Part shown: in pieces, positions 58,070 to 64,000 of the stretch
Numbering within the stretch: the stretch's first letter is position 1
Layout of the letters: every line of letters begins with the position of its first letter
Assembly: GCA_963707915.1 (NCBI GenBank)
Contig: OY970178.1
Coordinates: 3,008,001 to 3,072,000 of the forward strand
Direction of reading: 5' to 3'
DNA length: 64,000 nt
Source of the DNA: Candidatus Eiseniibacteriota bacterium
GTDB lineage: Bacteria; Eisenbacteria; RBG-16-71-46
Notes under the pieces: generated by a model
The model's input: only the letters and a program-made list of their open reading frames with translations
Database searches by the model: none
What the model was told of the DNA's origin: nothing
Translations under genes and position numbers: made by a program

Positions 58070-59679
58070 GACGGCTTCACCTCCACGAGCCGGCGCCTGC
58101 GGCGCGCGGTCTCCAGGCACTCGCGCACGGCGATGACCACCGACAGGCCCGGGTGCGCGATCTCGGCGCGCAGCAGCTCGGCGATCTGCGGCACCCGGCG
58201 CGGCAGGACCTCCACCACGTGCAGGCGCTCGGGCTTCACGCCCAGGCCCAGCACGATGTCCTTCAGCCGCGCGGACGGCGCGATGGACTCCTGCCCGCCG
58301 GTCATGGCCGTGGTCTGGTTGTCGAGGATGATCAGGGTCATGTCGGTGTCCTCGTGCACCGCGTCGAGCAGCGGGGTGATCCCCGAGTGGAGGAAGGTGC
58401 TGTCCCCGATGACCGCGACGGCGGGCCGGAAGCCGGCCTCGGAGGCGCCCTTCGCCATGCTCACCGAGGCGCCCATGCAGAGGCACGACTCGACGGCGTC
58501 GTAGGGCGGCAGGGCGCCGAGCGTGTAGCAGCCGATGTCGGCGGTCACGGTGCTCCGGGCCTGGCCCTCGAGCGCCTGCTTGAGCGCGCGGTACATCTGG
58601 CCGTGCGAGCAGCCCTGGCAGAGCTGCGGCGGCCGCGTCGGGAGCGCCAGGTCGCCCAGGCGGGTCAGCGGCCGGGCCGGGAGCCCGAGCGCCGGACGCA
58701 CGTTGTCGGGCGTCAGCTCGCCTTCCAGCGGCACCTCGCCGGTGAGCTTCCCGAGCACGGGCAGCGGCGTGTCGAGCAGCCCGCGCAGCAGCCGCTCGAC
58801 CAGCGGGTAGCCCTCCTCCAGCACCAGCAGCCGCTTCACGTGCCCCGCCAGCCGGCGGACCAGCGCGCGCGGGAGCGGGTAGGCGCCGATGTGCAGGTGC
58901 GACGGCCGGCCGGCGAGCTCCCCGGCGTTCTCCTCGAAGTAGTTGCGCGCCAGCCCGGTGGTGATGACGCCCAACTCGCGGTCGTCGGTGAGGGTGAGCC
59001 GGTTCCAGCGGGAGTCCTCGCTCCACGCGACCATCTCCTGCTGGCGGCCGAGCAGGTCGTGCCACTGGCGCCGGGCGTTGCCCGGCAGCAGGATCCACGA
59101 CTGCGGCCGCGGGGCCTTGCGCACCGGGTTCTCGGGCCGCGGCGTGGCGGTCACCTCGATCGCGGTGCGGCTGTGCGCGAGCCGGGTCACCAGCCGCAGC
59201 ATCACCGGCACCGCGAAGCGCTCGGACAGGTCGTAGGCCTCGACCGTCATGTCGTAGGCCTCCTGCTGCGTGGCGGGCTCCAGGCACAGGACCCGCGCGA
59301 AGTCGGCGTAGAAGCGGCTGTCCTGCTCGTTCTGCGAGGAGTGCATGCCGGGGTCGTCGGCGACCGCGACCACCAGCCCGCCGTGCGTCCCGACCAGCGC
59401 CGCGTTCACGAACGGGTCGGCCGCGACGTTGAGCCCGACGTGCTTCATCGAGACCAACGCGCGCCGGCCGACGAAGCAGGCGCCGAGCGCCTCCTCCATC
59501 GCGGTCTTCTCGTTGGCGCACCAGGCCGCGAACGGGCGGCCGTGCCTGCGGCGGAACTCGAGCAGGTACTCGAGGATCTCGGTGGCGGGCGTGCCCGGGT
59601 AGGCGTACGCCGAGCTCATCCCGGCGTGCACCGCGCCGAGCGCGACGCATTCGTCTCCTAGCAGGATCCTGCTGGGCAT
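58066..59679 (-). CDS. iorA: Indolepyruvate:ferredoxin oxidoreductase alpha subunit (TPP-dependent)
   Basis: AYPGTPATEI, NEKTAME, MKHVGLNVAADP, SSQNEQD, RPPQLCQGC, DIGCY, GDSTFLHSG..DNQTTAMTGGQ. Confidence 0.93.
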   Translation of the reverse strand: MPSRILLGDECVALGAVHAGMSSAYAYPGTPATEILEYLLEFRRRHGRPFAAWCANEKTAMEEALGACFVGRRALVSMKHVGLNVAADPFVNAALVGTHGGLVVAVADDPGMHSSQNEQDSRFYADFARVLCLEPATQQEAYDMTVEAYDLSERFAVPVMLRLVTRLAHSRTAIEVTATPRPENPVRKAPRPQSWILLPGNARRQWHDLLGRQQEMVAWSEDSRWNRLTLTDDRELGVITTGLARNYFEENAGELAGRPSHLHIGAYPLPRALVRRLAGHVKRLLVLEEGYPLVERLLRGLLDTPLPVLGKLTGEVPLEGELTPDNVRPALGLPARPLTRLGDLALPTRPPQLCQGCSHGQMYRALKQALEGQARSTVTADIGCYTLGALPPYDAVESCLCMGASVSMAKGASEAGFRPAVAVIGDSTFLHSGITPLLDAVHEDTDMTLIILDNQTTAMTGGQESIAPSARLKDIVLGLGVKPERLHVVEVLPRRVPQIAELLRAEIAHPGLSVVIAVRECLETARRRRRLVEVKPS

Positions 59680-59980
59680 GGGACCTCCGGCCGGCGGAAC
59701 GCGGGGTCCGCGGCGGGCGCCGGCGCCCCGCGCGCCGCGGGACGCCGCAGCGCGGGGGGGACGATGCCGCCCGTGGACCCCCGGTGAGTCGACCGCCTCA
59801 TCCTACCGGACGGAGTACACGAGCAGAAGGCGACGGCCGGGCCGGGGCGCGATCGACGCGCGCCGGCCCGGCCGGAGGGCCGGGGACGCGTGGCCGGGGC
59901 CCGCCGGCGCGTGGTACCCTCATGAGTGGCCTGAAATCAGCCGTCCACTGCGCGTCCGCATCCCGATCGGGGAGCCAGCC

Positions 59981-62014
59981 ATGCACCAGTCGATCCGTTC
60001 CGCGGGGACCGGTCCCACGCCGCCGCGCTCGTTCCGCCCGTCGCTCCCTCCGCGGGCGGCCGCCCGCGCGGCGGTCGCGCTCTCCGCGCTGGCGTGGTCG
60101 GCGCTCGCCGCGACGCCGGCGCTCGCCGTCAAGCTGGCGACCTGGAACCTCACCCAGTACCCCTCCGTGCAGCTCGCCGCCCGGCAGCCCTACTTCCGCC
60201 AGGCGATCGCGGCGTTGGACCCGGACGTCATCGCGGTGCAGGAGCTGGGCTCCGCGGCCGGTCGCGACTCGTTCCTCACCAACGTCCTCAACGTGGCCCA
60301 GCCGGGGCAATGGTCGGGCACGGCCTACTTCAGCACCTGCGAGAGCGCCGTGTTCTACAAGCCGGCGAAGATCACGCTCACGTTCGCCGGGACCGCGATC
60401 AGCACCGGCGGACCCCGGTCCGTGCTCGGCGTGCGCCTGCGGCTGGCGGGCTACACCACGAAGCCGGCGGAGATCCGGCTCTACGTGGTCCACTTCAAGG
60501 CCGGGGCCGCCCCCGCCGACGCCACCACTCGCGAGCTCGAATGCACGAACCTGCGCGCCAACCTGGACGCGGCGACCACGGCGGTGACGCCCAACTTCCT
60601 GGTCTGCGGGGACACGAACTTCTACGGGGCCGACGAGGGCGGCTACCTCCGGCTCACCGAGAGCACGGCCGACAACGACGGCCGGGGCCGGGACCCGCTG
60701 TCCATGCCCGGGACCTGGCACGACGTGGCCGGCTACGCCTCCAAGCACACGCAGTCGCCCTGCTCCTCGGCGCTCTACGGCTCCTTCGCGGGCGGCGGCC
60801 TGGACGATCGCTTCGACCTGTTCCTGACCTCGTACGCGCTGGCGGACGGCGCGGGGATGGACCTGGTCCCCGGCGGCTACGTCGCGTTCGGCAACGACGG
60901 CGCGCACTTCAACCAGAGCGTGATCGAGGGTGGGGTCAACTACGCCGTGGGCATCGACGTCGCCAGCGCGCTGTACTACGCCTCCGACCACCTGCCGGTG
61001 ATGATCACGCTGCAGGCGCCGTCGAGGATCCTGGCCGCCTCGCGCCTCGATTTCGGTGCGGTGATCGTCGGCGCCTCCGCCGAGCAGCCGTTCACCGTGA
61101 CGAACGGGGCGGCGGTGCCGGCGGACGTGCTCCGCTACTCGCTGGCGGCCCCCGCGGGGTTCGCGGCCCCCGCCGACACGTTCACCGCGGCCGCGGGCGC
61201 GGCCGGCAACGACCACGCCATCGCCATGGACGCCACCGCGCCCGGCGCGAAGAGCGGCGTGCTGACCGTCGCCAGCAACGCTCCGGACTCCCTGACGAAG
61301 TCGACGCAGCTCACCGGCACGGTGCTGGCCCACGCCGTGGCGTCGCTCGATTCGGCGAGCGTCACCACCGCGACCGTCCTCGACTTCGGCACGCAGGCCC
61401 ACGGCGCCTTCGCCGACCTGCCGGTGCGGGTGCACAACGCCGGGTGGAACGCGTTGCAGGCGAAGCTCGAGGCGACCGGCGGGGTCATCACCGGCGGGGC
61501 CGGCCGGTTCTCGATCGTGGGCGGGTTCGAGGCGGCCGAGATCGCGGGCGTCGGGCACACCTGGGACGTGCGCTTCGACGACGCCGACGCGGCGCCGGAT
61601 TCGCTCTACGAGGCCACGCTGGTCGTCTCCGGCGCCGACGAGCCGCTGCCCGGTGCGGCGGCCGCGTCGGACCTGGTCGTGACGCTGCGCGCGCGGGTGC
61701 TGTCGGGCGGCGCGGAAGTGCTCCCCCGGCTGCCGGAGCGGATCGCCTTCCTGCCCCCCAGCCCGAACCCGTTCCGCGGCACCACGCTGCTGCGCTTCGA
61801 CCTGCCGCAGGAGGCCCACGTCTCGCTCGAGTTGTTCGACCTCTCGGGACGGCGCGTGACCACCATCCTGCAGGGGGTCCAGCCGGCGGGCCGGAACTCG
61901 GTGCAGTTGGGCCCGCTGGCCGGCGGTGCCGGGGCGCTCCGGGCCGGGCTCTACTTCGTGAGCTTCCGCACCGGCGGCTTCAGCCAGACCCGGCGGCTCG
62001 TGCGGGTGCCGTGA
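59981..62014 (+). CDS. Secreted endonuclease/exonuclease/phosphatase (DNase I-like) with Ig-like domains and a C-terminal FlgD-Ig/T9SS-like domain
   Basis: ATWNL, DVIAVQE, VHFKA, CGDTN, DDRFD, SDHLPV; LDFGAV..FTVTN Ig-like repeats; PNPF..FDLSGRRV..GLYFV C-terminal domain. Confidence 0.85.
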   Translation: MHQSIRSAGTGPTPPRSFRPSLPPRAAARAAVALSALAWSALAATPALAVKLATWNLTQYPSVQLAARQPYFRQAIAALDPDVIAVQELGSAAGRDSFLTNVLNVAQPGQWSGTAYFSTCESAVFYKPAKITLTFAGTAISTGGPRSVLGVRLRLAGYTTKPAEIRLYVVHFKAGAAPADATTRELECTNLRANLDAATTAVTPNFLVCGDTNFYGADEGGYLRLTESTADNDGRGRDPLSMPGTWHDVAGYASKHTQSPCSSALYGSFAGGGLDDRFDLFLTSYALADGAGMDLVPGGYVAFGNDGAHFNQSVIEGGVNYAVGIDVASALYYASDHLPVMITLQAPSRILAASRLDFGAVIVGASAEQPFTVTNGAAVPADVLRYSLAAPAGFAAPADTFTAAAGAAGNDHAIAMDATAPGAKSGVLTVASNAPDSLTKSTQLTGTVLAHAVASLDSASVTTATVLDFGTQAHGAFADLPVRVHNAGWNALQAKLEATGGVITGGAGRFSIVGGFEAAEIAGVGHTWDVRFDDADAAPDSLYEATLVVSGADEPLPGAAAASDLVVTLRARVLSGGAEVLPRLPERIAFLPPSPNPFRGTTLLRFDLPQEAHVSLELFDLSGRRVTTILQGVQPAGRNSVQLGPLAGGAGALRAGLYFVSFRTGGFSQTRRLVRVP

Positions 62015-62081
62015 CGCCGATGGAACCGCGCGCGGCCGCACGCGATGGGACGGCCGCGCGCCGGAAGCGCGGGAGCTCACG

Positions 62082-62111
62082 TTGACAACTTCCTGCCGCT
62101 CGCGCTAGGGT
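62082..62111 (+). promoter_or_regulatory. Promoter TTGACA-N18-TAGGGT, ending 9 nt before the receptor TTG
   Basis: Consensus -35 at 62082-62087; -10 at 62106-62111. Confidence 0.55.
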
Positions 62112-62120
62112 GCCCGGACT

Positions 62121-64000
62121 TTGACTAGACGAACTCACCATCGGCCCGCGTTCGTTCCCGCCCTCCTGTCCCTGTTCCTCGCGCTGTTCGCGTCTTCCGC
62201 GCACGCGCAGGGGAAGGGCAGCATCTCCGGCCGCGTCGTCGACCAGAAGACGAACCACGCCATCCCGTTCGCCAACGTGGCCCTGGTCGGGGCCCAGCGC
62301 GGCGGGCTCACCGACTCCGAAGGACAGTTCCTGATCACCGGCGTGCCGCCCGGGACGTACGAGGTGGCGGTGCGCTTCCTCGGCTACCGCCCCGCGAGCC
62401 GGACCGGCGTGGCCGTCACGGCCGGCAAGTCCGTGGTCCTCAACTTCGAGCTCTCGGAGATCGTGGTGCAGGAGGTGAAGACGGTCGAGGTGACCGCCGA
62501 GCGCCGCCTGGTCGAGGTCAAGCAGGGCACCACGGTCCGCACCACCACCGCCAGCGAGATCCGCAACCTGCCGGTCCAGACCATCGGGGACGTGCTGCAG
62601 CGGCAGGCCGGCATCACCACCAACGGCGACCAGATCCACATCCGCGGCGGGCGCGCCGACGAGACCGTGTTCGTCATCAACGGCGTCACCAACCGCGACC
62701 TCGTGACCGGCCAGTCCACCGCCGGCCAGATCAACGCGCGCTCGGTGGCCGAAGTGAACGTCGCCACCGGCGCCTACGACGTGAAGTACGGGAACGCGCT
62801 CTCCGGCGTGGTCGAGGTCAAGCTCAAGGAAGGCGGGGACGTGATCACCGGCGGCATCACCACCACCGGCGGCAGCTACGGCGGCCGCGCGGTCCAGCTG
62901 GTGGTCGGCGGACCCGATCCGCTCTGGAGCCCGGTGCTGCGCGGCCTCGGCGTGCCGGGCAAGGTGACGTCGATCCTCGACGTCTCGTGCAGCCTCTACG
63001 ACACGCGCTACCGCTACCTGAGCCCGGTGAAGAACGACTTCTACTCGAACACCATCAAGCCGGTCTTCGAGCCCACCGCGCCCTACCGGCTCAAGTCGAG
63101 CTACGAGGACAGCTTCTTCGGCCATCGGTTCGGCTACGGGGACATGTTCTCGCCCTCCGCGGACAACCGCTGGGCGCTGCGCTACGGCCTGACCTGGAAG
63201 CCGAACAACCGGGACAAGTGGTCGATGGACTTCTCGAAGCGCATCGCGCTCGACCAGGGCTTCAGCCGCACGTTCATCACCGCCACCGGCGACCAGGGCG
63301 ATCCGACCTACCCGTGGCAGTGGGCGCACCGGATCGACCACGCGCCGACGATCTTCGAGGACAACGTCCAGAGCTCGGTGTCCTGGCGGCGGTCGCTGGC
63401 CGCGACCGGCTTCACGGAGTTCCAGTTCTCCCGCTACTTCTCGGCCCAGCGCCAGGACGTGATGGGCAAGATGTGGTGGGACTTCGAGGCCGACACCTGC
63501 CTGTACACGCAGCCGGACGACCTCTCCTACTTCGACTCCACCGACGTGCGCCGCAGCGACTACTTCATCGACACCGGCGACGCCAATGTCTGGGCGGACC
63601 GCCGCACGACGACCTACCAGCTCCAGGGCAACTACCTGCAGCGCTTCAAGCGCCACGAGCTGGAGCTGGGCTTCGACCACCAGGCCCAGTCGGTCCAGTA
63701 CGCGACCATCAGCGACCCCTGGATCGAGGACCAGAACCGCCTGGGCCAGTCCCACGACGTGTGGGCGGTGCATCCCTGGGTGGGGAACCTCTACCTGCGC
63801 GACCGCCTCGACTACGAGGGGTTCACCGGCAACGTCGGCATCCGCGCCGACTACTGGTTCCTGGGCCGCGAGGCCGAATCCGCGATCGCCGATCCGACGA
63901 ACCCGAACCTGACGCCCGAGACCCGGGAGAAGTTCTACGACCAGACCCGCTCGTTCTTCGGCCGGCGCTACAAGCTGAAGCTGTCGCCCCGCGTGATCGT
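62121..64000 (+). CDS. TonB-dependent receptor with N-terminal carboxypeptidase-regulatory-like domain (3' partial; not in the ORF track)
   Basis: Manual translation: MTRRTHHRPAFVPALLSLFLALFASSAHAQGKGSISGRVVDQKT..IPFANV; plug motifs HIRGGRADE and TGAYDVKYGNALSGVV; beta-barrel segments continue to the window end. Confidence 0.88.
   Translation, partial: MTRRTHHRPAFVPALLSLFLALFASSAHAQGKGSISGRVVDQKTNHAIPFANVALVGAQRGGLTDSEGQFLITGVPPGTYEVAVRFLGYRPASRTGVAVTAGKSVVLNFELSEIVVQEVKTVEVTAERRLVEVKQGTTVRTTTASEIRNLPVQTIGDVLQRQAGITTNGDQIHIRGGRADETVFVINGVTNRDLVTGQSTAGQINARSVAEVNVATGAYDVKYGNALSGVVEVKLKEGGDVITGGITTTGGSYGGRAVQLVVGGPDPLWSPVLRGLGVPGKVTSILDVSCSLYDTRYRYLSPVKNDFYSNTIKPVFEPTAPYRLKSSYEDSFFGHRFGYGDMFSPSADNRWALRYGLTWKPNNRDKWSMDFSKRIALDQGFSRTFITATGDQGDPTYPWQWAHRIDHAPTIFEDNVQSSVSWRRSLAATGFTEFQFSRYFSAQRQDVMGKMWWDFEADTCLYTQPDDLSYFDSTDVRRSDYFIDTGDANVWADRRTTTYQLQGNYLQRFKRHELELGFDHQAQSVQYATISDPWIEDQNRLGQSHDVWAVHPWVGNLYLRDRLDYEGFTGNVGIRADYWFLGREAESAIADPTNPNLTPETREKFYDQTRSFFGRRYKLKLSPRVI

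Noticed and set aside
59680..59980. Possible ncRNA or riboswitch in the iorA-nuclease divergent intergenic region (also 8740-9050 and 37762-37940)
   Set aside because: No recognisable riboswitch, tRNA or Rfam-like motif by eye. An Infernal/Rfam scan would be needed to exclude one.

Overview
Very GC-rich (roughly 70% or more by eye), gene-dense bacterial window. The secreted proteins (C25/gingipain-like protease with a FlgD-Ig C-terminus, a Cys-rich protein ending [11 protein letters not shown], a CarboxypepD_reg TonB-dependent receptor) suggest an FCB-adjacent candidate phylum such as Ca. Eisenbacteria; this is inference. The backbone is a nucleoside uptake and salvage neighbourhood: PNP, BMP-type ABC importer, tdk, udk, rpiB, add, plus a secreted EEP nuclease, an HhH DNA-binding protein and a PAP2 phosphatase. 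Several cassettes interrupt it: a group 3b [NiFe]-hydrogenase operon, a split MprF, an expanded kdp locus (two kdpB, two small membrane peptides, a putative outer-membrane protein, kdpDE), a glycogen debranching enzyme, and an Ehr-type hydrogenase-related complex lacking Ni ligands and containing an HTH-EIIA(Ntr) gene. IorAB and an ADP-forming acyl-CoA ligase are also present. Signals not explained by gene content: a signal-peptide/His-rich/RGPP leader ORF coupled to the HhH gene with a hairpin beside its SD (arrest-peptide-like); a recurrent -35/-10 promoter ending exactly 9 nt before SD-less start codons; a hydrogenase protease in frame directly after the large-subunit TAG with an ACG start; candidate KdpE boxes; and a 29-bp perfect palindrome with a 49-bp duplication. 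Two clear frameshifts (ABC ATPase, kdpA) may be assembly errors. No rRNA, tRNA, CRISPR array or transposase was recognised.
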